Shown here: piece after piece, positions 19,270-28,170 of the stretch
Layout: each line of letters starts with the position of its first letter
Position numbering within the stretch: the first letter of the stretch is position 1
NCBI GenBank assembly: GCA_963719495.1
Contig: CAVRCI010000002.1
Location: forward strand, 480,001-544,000
DNA: 64,000 bases
Direction of reading: 5' to 3'
DNA from: an uncultured Verrucomicrobiae bacterium
GTDB lineage: Bacteria > Verrucomicrobiota > Verrucomicrobiia > Chthoniobacterales > JAATET01
The notes under the pieces: generated by a model
Told to the model about the DNA's origin: nothing
Databases searched by the model: none
Seen by the model: the letters and a program-made list of their open reading frames with translations, nothing else
Translations under genes and position numbers: made by a program

Positions 19270-20606
19270 ACGTCGTCTATTTCGTCTGCCACGACATCGG
19301 TCGGGCACTGGGTTGCTACGGCGCGGCGGTGCCGACGCCGCGGTTGGACGAGTTCGCCGGGGAGGCGGTCCGGTTTACGAACGCGCATTGTTCGTCCCCG
19401 GCGTGCAGTCCGTCGCGGGCCTGCGCGATGTCGGGGGAATACGCGCACCGCACCGGAGCCATTGGGTTGTCGCATTTGGGGTGGCCGCTGCCGCTGGACG
19501 TGCGGACGACGGTGGATGATTTCAACGACGCGGGATACGAGACGATTCTGAGCGGGATCAATCACGAGCGGCATCCGCGGACGGATCGCTACGCGGTCGA
19601 TCTGTCGCGGGATTGGGACGACTGGAAGGTGCCGAGGGCGGTGGACAACGCGCTGGATCATCTGGCGCGGCGGGAGGCAGGACGTCCGTTTTACCTGAAC
19701 GTGGCCTGCCAGGAACCGCACGCCTGCACGTGGGGCGAGGTGGGCGCACGGATTCCCGCGCTGCCGGAGGACTTCGAGCCGTGGTTCCCGGCGGGCATGC
19801 CGCGGACGCCCGCGCTCGCGGCGGCGTTCCGGCGGTTTGCGGCGAGTGCGGCGTACATGGACGCGCACTTCGGGCGGTTCGTCGATGGGCTGAGGCGGCT
19901 GGGGTTGTTGGACGACACGATGATCGGGTTCACGACGGATCACGGCATCGCGGGGCCGCGGGGGAAGGGGACGCTGCTGGGGCTGGGGACCGAGATTGCG
20001 TTGATGATCCGGCTGCCGGGGGGCGAGCACGGTGGGGAGACGCGGGAGCAGTTGATTTCGAACGTGGATTTTCGGGCGACGTGGCGCGAGGCGTGCGGCT
20101 TGGGGGCGGCGGGCGAAAGCGACGGACGGTCGTTCTGGCCGGTTCTGGCGGACGCCGAGGTGGGGCACCACGAGGCGATTTTTTTGGAGCGAAATTTTCA
20201 CGGCGAGAAGCCGTGGCGGACGGAGCCGAAATACGTCGATTGCTACGATCCGACGCGGGCGGTGCGGACGCGCGATCACCTTTACGTCCGGCATTTCCGG
20301 CCCGAGGCGAAGCCACCGGAACCGCTGCCGGGTGGGATCGATGCGCGGGAGACGGACGATTGGTCGGAGTGGGAGAAGTCGTGGGTGCCACCGGTCGCGA
20401 AGCGGGCGGAGGAGGAGCTTTACGAATTGGAGGGTGATCCAAACGAGGTGCGTGATGTCGCCGGGGACGCCGCGATGGAGGGGGTGCGGAGCGAACTGCG
20501 TGGGCGACTCGAGAATTGGATGAGGCAAACGGGGGACTTCCTGCCAAATGAGCCACCGTTTCAGCCGGAAGCGCTGGGCTGGGGAAGCGGGTGGCCGGCT
20601 TCCTGA
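19266..20606 (+). CDS. Sulfatase (S1 family)
   Basis: GTG at 19266 overlaps the upstream stop; CSPSR, TTDHG, EELYEL. Confidence 0.9.
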   Translation: MNVVYFVCHDIGRALGCYGAAVPTPRLDEFAGEAVRFTNAHCSSPACSPSRACAMSGEYAHRTGAIGLSHLGWPLPLDVRTTVDDFNDAGYETILSGINHERHPRTDRYAVDLSRDWDDWKVPRAVDNALDHLARREAGRPFYLNVACQEPHACTWGEVGARIPALPEDFEPWFPAGMPRTPALAAAFRRFAASAAYMDAHFGRFVDGLRRLGLLDDTMIGFTTDHGIAGPRGKGTLLGLGTEIALMIRLPGGEHGGETREQLISNVDFRATWREACGLGAAGESDGRSFWPVLADAEVGHHEAIFLERNFHGEKPWRTEPKYVDCYDPTRAVRTRDHLYVRHFRPEAKPPEPLPGGIDARETDDWSEWEKSWVPPVAKRAEEELYELEGDPNEVRDVAGDAAMEGVRSELRGRLENWMRQTGDFLPNEPPFQPEALGWGSGWPAS

Positions 20607-20609
20607 ATT

Positions 20610-20676
20610 TTCTCACGCGAAGGCGCGAAGACGCGAAGGAATGCGGATTCTCACGCAGAGACGCAGGGGCGCAGAG
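20610..20676. repeat. Short intergenic repeat (TCTCRCGC...GCGCAGAG family), copy 2
   Basis: Aligns with 6712-6777; built from ~9-bp units (acgcgaagg/acgcagaga). Confidence 0.7.
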
Positions 20677-20744
20677 CTGATTCATGAGGCAATCGCGCCA
20701 AACTCCCCGCCGAAGTATTTTTCAATCCCCAGCACTCCCACTCG

Positions 20745-21857
20745 ATGACCTCGATTCCCGAATCTCCGCTTTTCACACCCTGCATTCATCCCGAAACCGG
20801 CATCACGAGCTACCTGCTCGATGTGCGGGTCGCCGCTCAGCAACAGACATTTTATTACGTCAACGACAGCTCGACCCGCGACCGGCGGTTTTTCTGGTTC
20901 TACTGCAGCTTCCCGCCGTCCGGCGACGCGAACGCCGGGCGAACGCTCGGCGTGATCGATTTCGAGAGCAATGAAGTGCGGCACTTCCCCGAGACTCAAT
21001 TCTCGCACGCTTCGCCTTGGATCGATCCAGAGACCGGCGAGGCCGCCTGGGGAACGGGGCGCGCCATCTGGAAACGCGGACCGCTTCCTGGAAACGAGCC
21101 GGAGAAGATTGGCGAGATTACAAGGGAAGTGATCGGCTGGCGGGACGTGACCTGCACAGTCACGCATCTTTCGCGTTCGGCGGACGGGAGGAATTTCTTC
21201 ATCGATCTCCGGACTCCAGCCACGACTTTCCTGGGCACGATGGACATCGCGACCGGGGCGTTCGACTGTTGGGCGGAACTCGACGGCATCTGGGACCACG
21301 CTCAATTCCACCCGACCGATCCCGACCTCGTCCTGTTCTCGCAGGAGTTCCACAACGATCCGATCACCGGGCGGCAGATTCCGTGCCTCGATCGAATGTG
21401 GACGGTGCGCCGTGGCGAGCGCCCGCGGCCTGTGCTACCTACGGCGACTGTCTGCACCCACGAATGGTGGAGTGCCGACGGGCGCGCGATCTACGCCATC
21501 GACGGCGACGGCACGTTTCGGGTCGACCTCGCAAACCTTCGGCGCGAACTCATCTGGCCCGAGGGCTCGTGGCACTCGCACGCCAACGCCGACGGCACGC
21601 TTCTCGTCGGCGACAGCCATTCGAAATTCGCCCGCGGCTGCGAATCGCGGGTGAGCTTCAAAAATCTCGCGACCGGTCGACAAGTCGAGATCGCTCACAA
21701 TCCCGAAATGACCGGCGAGGTGGGGACAAAGTATCACGTCGACCCCCATCCGCGCTTCGTTCTCGGCGAGGAATTTGTTGCCTACACGACCACGATTCGC
21801 GGCCGCCTCGACGTCGCGTTCGCCGCGACCGCCGACCTGCTGGCGGCGACGACCTGA
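20745..21857 (+). CDS. Oligogalacturonate-lyase-like (PL22-like) beta-propeller protein
   Basis: HAQFHPTDPDLVLF, RMW, THEWW, WH and DPHPRF motifs resemble the Ogl family. Confidence 0.6.
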   Translation: MTSIPESPLFTPCIHPETGITSYLLDVRVAAQQQTFYYVNDSSTRDRRFFWFYCSFPPSGDANAGRTLGVIDFESNEVRHFPETQFSHASPWIDPETGEAAWGTGRAIWKRGPLPGNEPEKIGEITREVIGWRDVTCTVTHLSRSADGRNFFIDLRTPATTFLGTMDIATGAFDCWAELDGIWDHAQFHPTDPDLVLFSQEFHNDPITGRQIPCLDRMWTVRRGERPRPVLPTATVCTHEWWSADGRAIYAIDGDGTFRVDLANLRRELIWPEGSWHSHANADGTLLVGDSHSKFARGCESRVSFKNLATGRQVEIAHNPEMTGEVGTKYHVDPHPRFVLGEEFVAYTTTIRGRLDVAFAATADLLAATT

Positions 21858-21867
21858 CGTCTCTGGT

Positions 21868-21890
21868 GTAGCGGCGGTTCTGTGAACCGC
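21868..21890 (+). repeat. GTAG-type REP-like hairpin or terminator
   Basis: GTAG-cg-gcggttc-tgt-gaaccgc, 10 bp after a stop codon. Confidence 0.45.
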
Positions 21891-21935
21891 TCAGGCCCCC
21901 GTTTTGCAATTTACCCGGTGAGTGCTTCATCCTAA

Positions 21936-22077
21936 ATCCGGGAATGGACAGGATTTACAGGATTCAAAGGATTGAATTTCAATGACTTCGAACAAAATCT
22001 GCGCTCACTCATCGGGTGACCGACTCCAACCTCATAAGTCGTTCCTGATCATCCTGTTAATCCTGTAAATCCTGTCC
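21936..22077 (+). mobile_element. ~140-bp MITE/REPIN-like element, copy A
   Basis: Terminal inverted arrays of ACAGGATTT units; alignable end to end with the reverse complement of 40861-41000. Confidence 0.7.
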
Positions 22078-22493
22078 AGTTTTCCTTTTCAGGTTCATGG
22101 AAGCACCGGCGGCGGACTCAGGCGGGGAAATCGGGGGATTTGGCGTCAGAGATGAATGGCACTGGTTTTAAGCTGGTTTTCGGGAGAGTCCCCGCGAACC
22201 GGGCGCTTCGCGTCGCAGACTGCTTCCGCTTGATGGACGTCGCCGGCAGGGTGGCAGGAAATGGGAGCGGCTGCGTCCTCGCTGCCGCAGAATCCCTTCG
22301 CGAAGCGGCTCGAGAACCTGTTCGCGTTCGTTGGTCCCACCATCTTGATGCTTCGCATATTCAGACGACGGCAGCGGAGACGCAGCCGCTCCCGGTCTGC
22401 GCGGGCGGCTTTCGTGCCGACGCGGCTCGCGGGGACGCTCGCCCTTCTCGACGCCTGGTCCCCAACTATCCGCTTAACGCAGAGCCATACGCG

Positions 22494-24713
22494 TCAGAGA
22501 TTCAGCGCTCGGGTGGTGTCCGAGGTTGTTTCGACCCGCGGGAGGAGACTGAGGTGGTAGGTGGAATTCCAGTCGGGGTGGTCCGTGATGGTGAGTTCGA
22601 GGGTGAACTCGCCGGAATGCGATGCGGGCAGTCGGTGGCGGACGCTGGGGCCGGGGATGTTGGTCTGGGCTTCGAGATCGGGGATGGTCCAGCGGAGGAG
22701 TTCGGTCTTCGTTTCGTCGCAGATGAGGGTCGCGACCAATTCGGCTCCGGGTGCGGTTTCCGGATGGTCGTCGAGGATCCAGATTTCCGCGGTGAAGAGT
22801 TCGTGGGCGGCCCACTGGAACTTCGGGATGCGGGCGCTGGCGAGGATCGGGCGGCAGGCTTGCTGGACGGCGAAGTAGGCGGGCTTGGGGCGGGCGGGGA
22901 AGTTGACGAGACTGTTGTTCGCGGCGGACGGCCACGGTTCGTTGAAGCACCAGGCGAGGGCCATCGCGCAACGCGGGGACTGGCGGCGGGATTCTTCGTA
23001 GATGGAGCGGAAGCCTTCGCACTGCAGCCATTCGCCGCGCGCGACGAGTTCGGCGACCGAGCTGGAATTGCCGAAGAGGTGTTCGAGCGTGCGGAGGCCG
23101 AGCCAGGTCGTCGGATCGGCGTCCCAGGCTCCGAAAGCGTGGTGGGTCTCCCAACTCGTGCCGGGCCGCGGGGGCCACAATTCGTCCGGGGGAATGAAGG
23201 TTTCCAAGTAGTCGACCGGGGAGGGGCCGGAGCAGCCGAACTCGGTGTAGGCGGTGCCGATGGCACTCTGCATGATCTGGAAAACGTCCCGCCCGTCGGC
23301 GTCGAGGAACCGGTAGTCGCCGTGGCCCATGCCGTCGAGGGGTGAAGTCGCGAGGAAGGGCGTGGCGGGATCGAGGTCGTAGCAATTCCGGTTGAGGAGG
23401 CGGAGGGCGAGGGATTGATCGGTCATGCCGGACCAGGCGTTGAAGAGTTCGTTGCCGCCGCACCACATCGCGAGACACGGGTGCTGGCGGACGCGCCGGA
23501 TGATGGCGCGGGATTCCCGGTCGAGGAGGGCGAGGTAGGCGGGGTCGTCGGGGTAGGGATTGCAGGCGAGCGGGAATTCCTGCCAGACGAGGACGCCGAG
23601 TTCGTCGCATTGGTCGAAGAAACTCTCGCGCTGGACGGGCGCGCCGCCCCAGCAGCGGAGGAGGTTGAAATGGGCGTCGCGGGCAAGATCGATCAGCGGT
23701 CGGGTCGTGGCGGCGGTGATCCGCCCGTGGAAAATGTCGGGGTTCACCCAGTTGGCTCCCCGGGCGAAGATGCGGCGTCCGTTCAGTTCCAACGTGGCGG
23801 GCGGGTGGCTGCGGGACTTCGGGAAGCTGGCGGGGTGATCCCACGCGCCGTCGTGCATGACAAGGCGGACGCGGCGAAACCCGACCCGGCGCTTGAGCGT
23901 GAGGTGCTCGCCGACGGTGACTTCGAGCGTGTAGCGGGCCGGGGTGCCGTGGTCGTGGGTCCACCAGATTTGCGGATCGGCGAGGGTCGCGTTGGGATCG
24001 GTCGCGGTCAGGACATTTTTCCCGCCCTGGTCGCGGAGGGTCCAGGTGAAAGGGGCTTCGGGTTCGACGATGACGGTGATCCGCGCCTCGGAAAAATCGT
24101 CGGTGAGTGTGTAGTCGAAGTCGACGTGGTCGGGGTCGGCGGCGCGCCGGATCTCGAAGCGGACGTCTTCGCAGAGGCCGACCGGGATCAGGCGGGGATG
24201 CCAGTCCCAGCCGTAGCTGACTGCGGGCTTCGTGACGTGCGAGGCTTGGGACCGGTCGGCGGGCGCGGCGTGGCGCTTGGGCGCGGGGTGAAGGAGGATC
24301 TCGACCGGGGTGTCGGCGGCGTCCGCCGTGACGTCGATCTCGAAGGGGGTGAAGCAGCCGGTGTGGGTGAGCCGGAGGTCACCGCCGATTCGGATCTCGG
24401 CGTGATAATCGAGTCCGCCGCCCGCAAGGACGAGCCGGTCGCCGGCGTCGAGTTGCGCCGAGGGAAGGGTGGTGCGGTAGAGCCAGAACGAGTCCTCGAG
24501 GCCGCCCCAGGCCCGGACGTTTTGGCCGAAATTCAGCTCCGGGAGGTCGTGGGCGCGTGCCCAGTCGAGTTGGACGGCTCCAGGGACGGTGGCAGGAATG
24601 TGATCCGCGTCGGGTGGGCGGACGGCGGGGTCGGTGAGGCGGGCGAGCGTCCAGCTCGGACGGGCGAGAGTGCGCCGGGAACGAAGATGGGTCGGAGGAT
24701 CAGCGGCGGCCAT
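22494..24713 (-). CDS. GH2 beta-mannosidase-like glycoside hydrolase
   Basis: SYGWDW, RGANW, RCWGG, WQEF, WCGGNE, TEFG, WCFNEPWP. Confidence 0.88.
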   Translation of the reverse strand: MAAADPPTHLRSRRTLARPSWTLARLTDPAVRPPDADHIPATVPGAVQLDWARAHDLPELNFGQNVRAWGGLEDSFWLYRTTLPSAQLDAGDRLVLAGGGLDYHAEIRIGGDLRLTHTGCFTPFEIDVTADAADTPVEILLHPAPKRHAAPADRSQASHVTKPAVSYGWDWHPRLIPVGLCEDVRFEIRRAADPDHVDFDYTLTDDFSEARITVIVEPEAPFTWTLRDQGGKNVLTATDPNATLADPQIWWTHDHGTPARYTLEVTVGEHLTLKRRVGFRRVRLVMHDGAWDHPASFPKSRSHPPATLELNGRRIFARGANWVNPDIFHGRITAATTRPLIDLARDAHFNLLRCWGGAPVQRESFFDQCDELGVLVWQEFPLACNPYPDDPAYLALLDRESRAIIRRVRQHPCLAMWCGGNELFNAWSGMTDQSLALRLLNRNCYDLDPATPFLATSPLDGMGHGDYRFLDADGRDVFQIMQSAIGTAYTEFGCSGPSPVDYLETFIPPDELWPPRPGTSWETHHAFGAWDADPTTWLGLRTLEHLFGNSSSVAELVARGEWLQCEGFRSIYEESRRQSPRCAMALAWCFNEPWPSAANNSLVNFPARPKPAYFAVQQACRPILASARIPKFQWAAHELFTAEIWILDDHPETAPGAELVATLICDETKTELLRWTIPDLEAQTNIPGPSVRHRLPASHSGEFTLELTITDHPDWNSTYHLSLLPRVETTSDTTRALNL

Positions 24714-24731
24714 GAAAGCGAACCGCGGATC

Positions 24732-25574
24732 TTAGCCGCCGACTTCGTGTTTCACCACGACGTTGTCGATTTCGAACGAGACGTTTTCGCCCTTGGGGAA
24801 AACGCCGGTGGCTCCGATGACGATCCCGTCCCACGTGTTGTAATCGGTGTCGGACCCCTTCGAAGTGAGCGGGTAGGTGCCTTTGTCGTCGGTCGTTCCG
24901 TTGGGTCGCAGGATGGTGAGGGTCGTGTCGTAGGTCGGTTTGCCTTCCTCTGAATCTTCGACGCGGACGATGCGAAGGGAGACGCCGCAGGCGGGCGCGA
25001 CGCCGCCGCCGGTGCTGCCGGCTTTCGACCCGTCGACGCCGCCGGTCTGGAGCGGACTGCCGGTGTCGCCGTGATACTTGCTCCGCACGCCGCTGACGAG
25101 GAACTGTCCCGCCCGTTCGCCACCCGTGAGAACGCCGACGATGGAATAATATTCGTCGCGATCCGTGAGAGCGCTGGGAAGGTCGGCGTCGGGCAGGCCG
25201 CCCTCGGAGGGGCCCACGAATCCGAAGCCAAAACTCCGAATCGTGCCGAAGCCGTCGCCAAGATTCGTGACGGTGAACGAGAGCGTCAGCGAGCCGCCGA
25301 CCTCGAGCAGGATCGGATCGAAGCGGCGGTAGGCGAGGGCGTATTCCCCGGCCTCCTCACCGGTGTTCGACGTATCGAAGCCGAGGCTGTCGCCCCCGAC
25401 CATGGCGGTCGACTCGATGGACGAAAGCGACACGTAGCCGCCGCCGTCGGTCGTGCCGTCGACCGTGAAGGTGGCATCGTCGACGAGGGCATCCTGAGCG
25501 TTGGCTGGGATGGTGGGCAGGCAGGCGGCGAGGCCGACGAGCGCGAGGTGGAGGGGGCGGCGGAGGTGGATCAT
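24732..25574 (-). CDS. Secreted protein paralogous to the passenger of PEP-CTERM protein 1, lacking the anchor
   Basis: Signal peptide; collinear motifs GGY, RRF, LTLSFTV, RSF, YYS, WDG..IGATG, DN shared with 15547-16464. Confidence 0.8.
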   Translation of the reverse strand: MIHLRRPLHLALVGLAACLPTIPANAQDALVDDATFTVDGTTDGGGYVSLSSIESTAMVGGDSLGFDTSNTGEEAGEYALAYRRFDPILLEVGGSLTLSFTVTNLGDGFGTIRSFGFGFVGPSEGGLPDADLPSALTDRDEYYSIVGVLTGGERAGQFLVSGVRSKYHGDTGSPLQTGGVDGSKAGSTGGGVAPACGVSLRIVRVEDSEEGKPTYDTTLTILRPNGTTDDKGTYPLTSKGSDTDYNTWDGIVIGATGVFPKGENVSFEIDNVVVKHEVGG

Positions 25575-25608
25575 GGGGAGGTCGGGGTAGGCGACGACTC
25601 GGGCCGGA

Positions 25609-28011
25609 TTATCGGTCGAGTGCGCCGAGTGGGAATTTCGGTTTCTGGTCGGGCGTGAGTTCGCCCGCCTTGACGGCGTCGGCGAAGATCATGGCCGCGT
25701 CGAAGGCGGATGGTCCGGTGGTCTGATGGATGGTGAACTCCGAGTAGATCTCGGCGAAGTCGCCCCACACGTCGCGCCAGCTCCGCCAGAGCGGCCAGCC
25801 TTTTGGCTCGTAGCCTTCGGCTTTCACGCCGTCCTCGCCGGGGCCGGGGTAGTTCTTCACCGGCGGGCCGAAGCCGTAAACCGTGTAGCCGCGGATGGTG
25901 TCGCCGTAGATCTCGGCTTCATCCTTGTCGAGGTAGAGGAACATGCTGATCTCGGGCCGCTGCGGGTAGCGTGTGCCCATGCTCGTGATCATCGTTTTGC
26001 CGAGCGGGTTCACGCCGCTGGTGAAGTCGTAGTTGAGCGTGGCGGCGTCGAAGTATTTTTGCTCGCCGGTGAGGCCGTAGGCGATGAGGAGGTTCTCGGC
26101 GTGCGAGAGGCCGTTCGCGCGACCCCAACCGATCTGGGTGCCTTTGCCGTTGCCCATGCGGTAGCTCCCTTCTTCGGTGCCCCGAAGAGCCGCCTCGGCA
26201 CCATTGCCGTTCTTCGCGAGCATTTTCGAGAGAAACGCTTCGCGGACCTGGGGATCGGTCTGATCCTCGGGCATCCGGAGGTAGGACCAGAACGCCTGGG
26301 GCGCGGTCGACCAGTAGCCGCCGTCCTTGAAATGTGCGGAGATGTAGTCCGAGTATTTGGCGTCGCCGGTTGCGGCGTAAAGTTCACAGGCGGCCCAGAG
26401 GATCTGGCTGGGGCGGGACCTCTCATCTTTTTCGTCGTAGATGAGCTTGGTCTTTTCGTTGCGGTGTTCCTCCCAGACGTCTTTCGCGGTGCGGGTCGAG
26501 GCGTAGTCGAACGCGCGGCGGGCGGCTTCGAGGTATTTCGCGGCGAGAGCTTCATCGAGGGGCTTGACGATGCGGGCGAACTGCGCGGCGATGGCGGCGA
26601 ACTGCGGGGTGGAATTTTTCGCGGGTGGGAGCACGCCGTGGGGCGGAGCGAAGACTTCGCGGTCCTTCTCGAAGTTCTGCTTGATGGCGTCGGAGAGGTT
26701 GGCGCGACCCAGCGGAATGGCTCCGGACTCGAGTTGGTTCTCGAGGTAGAAGGAGAGACCCCAGGCGGCTTCGTCGAGGAGGTCGGGGAAGCCGTTGCCG
26801 CTCTCGGGAATGTTCAATTGCGAGTCGGTGAAGGCGGGGGGGTGAAACTCGTAGGCGATGAGCGTAAGGCCGGTCGCCGGGAGGTGGTAGGCGAAGGTGT
26901 CGAAATCGGCGGCGTCGTGGTAGCCGCCCTTGAACTCCTTCAACTCGCCGCGCGGGCCGAGTTTCTCCGGCTGGCGGACCTTGGATTCCTGGAGGCCGAT
27001 CCGGTCGAGTCCTTCGGGGAGTTCGCCGTTCTCGTAAACGTGGGTGTGGCACGCGGCCTTGGTGGCGGCGGTGTGGGGCAGGCCGAGCTCCTGCCCGCAG
27101 CGCTGGTGGAAGAAGACGCGCATCGTGTGGTAGTAGGTCTCGAAGACATTTTCGCCGCCGACGGTGAAGGTGTCGGAATTCGCGAAGCCGGGGATGCGGA
27201 CGTGGTAGGTGCCGATTTTCAGCGGCGAGAGGTCGAATTCGTAGACGTCTTCGCCGCTGAGTTCGTCGCCTTCGGCGCGGAGCGTGAGGTCGCCTTCGAG
27301 CGCGGTCTCGCCGGACTTCTCGTCGATGACCTCGAACTTTTTCAGCTCGGAATAATCGACCGCGCCGCCGTCGCCCTGCCACCATCCGAGGTAACCGTAG
27401 CGGCGGTCGGACTGCGCGGAGTAGCCGAGGGTATTGACCTTGATGGCCTTGGTCGTCGTCTTGTCGTCGAAGGTGAATTCCGTCGTGTCCTTGGCGCGGG
27501 CCTCGGCGGCGCCGCCAACGACCTGGATCGTGTAGGTGTGACCGGGCACGAGTGGCGTGGGCAGGTGGAGGTAGTAGTTGTAGTGAACGAGATTGCGAAC
27601 GGCCAGGGACCAGTTGCCCTTGGTGTCCTTGGCGTTAAAGACGTCGTAGGAATCGCGGAAGACCTTCTCGGGCTGGACGCCTTCGGCGAAACCGGGGGCG
27701 GTCGCGCTGGTGATCACGAAGGCTTCGGGCTTCTGGAGGTCGGCGGCGAGGCCACCGAGTATGCGTCCCCGCTCGCCTTCGACGTCGGTGTGGTCGCCGA
27801 CGAGGGCGCCGTCGAGCGTGACCTCCAGGATGTCGTCGCGGATGAGTTCCACGTCGACGAGGCCGGTAATGAGTCCTTTCTCGATGGCGTATTCGCGACC
27901 CTGCTTGAGGAGTTCGAGTTGGCGGGCGTCGGCGGTGTTCAGCGCGGCGAAGGAGGCGCTGGCGGTGGTGACGACGAGGAGGGGGATGAGGACGGTGTGA
28001 GACAGACGCAT
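25609..28011 (-). CDS. GH9 glycoside hydrolase with N-terminal Ig-like domain
   Basis: Signal peptide; FFHQRCG, GGYHDAADFD, PDLLDEAAW, GVNP, SEFTI. Confidence 0.85.
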   Translation of the reverse strand: MRLSHTVLIPLLVVTTASASFAALNTADARQLELLKQGREYAIEKGLITGLVDVELIRDDILEVTLDGALVGDHTDVEGERGRILGGLAADLQKPEAFVITSATAPGFAEGVQPEKVFRDSYDVFNAKDTKGNWSLAVRNLVHYNYYLHLPTPLVPGHTYTIQVVGGAAEARAKDTTEFTFDDKTTTKAIKVNTLGYSAQSDRRYGYLGWWQGDGGAVDYSELKKFEVIDEKSGETALEGDLTLRAEGDELSGEDVYEFDLSPLKIGTYHVRIPGFANSDTFTVGGENVFETYYHTMRVFFHQRCGQELGLPHTAATKAACHTHVYENGELPEGLDRIGLQESKVRQPEKLGPRGELKEFKGGYHDAADFDTFAYHLPATGLTLIAYEFHPPAFTDSQLNIPESGNGFPDLLDEAAWGLSFYLENQLESGAIPLGRANLSDAIKQNFEKDREVFAPPHGVLPPAKNSTPQFAAIAAQFARIVKPLDEALAAKYLEAARRAFDYASTRTAKDVWEEHRNEKTKLIYDEKDERSRPSQILWAACELYAATGDAKYSDYISAHFKDGGYWSTAPQAFWSYLRMPEDQTDPQVREAFLSKMLAKNGNGAEAALRGTEEGSYRMGNGKGTQIGWGRANGLSHAENLLIAYGLTGEQKYFDAATLNYDFTSGVNPLGKTMITSMGTRYPQRPEISMFLYLDKDEAEIYGDTIRGYTVYGFGPPVKNYPGPGEDGVKAEGYEPKGWPLWRSWRDVWGDFAEIYSEFTIHQTTGPSAFDAAMIFADAVKAGELTPDQKPKFPLGALDR

Positions 28012-28124
28012 GGTGCGGGGATGTGAGGGTTCGGGGTGAGGGTGAATGAGTGGGGCCGCCGATGGAGATCGGGGCCGTTGAGGACACTACGAGCGGCGGG
28101 AACGCGCGAAAGTCCCGCATTATG

Positions 28125-28134
28125 TAAGCCGTTA
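28125..28134 (-). promoter_or_regulatory. Putative operator TAACGGCTTA upstream of GH9
   Basis: taagccgtta on the + strand. Confidence 0.7.
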
Positions 28135-28170
28135 GTTTTGGATTCGGAGCGGTGCGTTCGATCGACAGCC

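Noticed and set aside
21936..22077. ACAGGAT arrays as a CRISPR array
   Set aside because: Units are 9 bp, directly tandem, without spacers; no cas genes.
22080..22490. Unexplained ~400-bp intergenic stretch with short ORFs
   Set aside because: No recognisable motif, repeat or convincing ORF.
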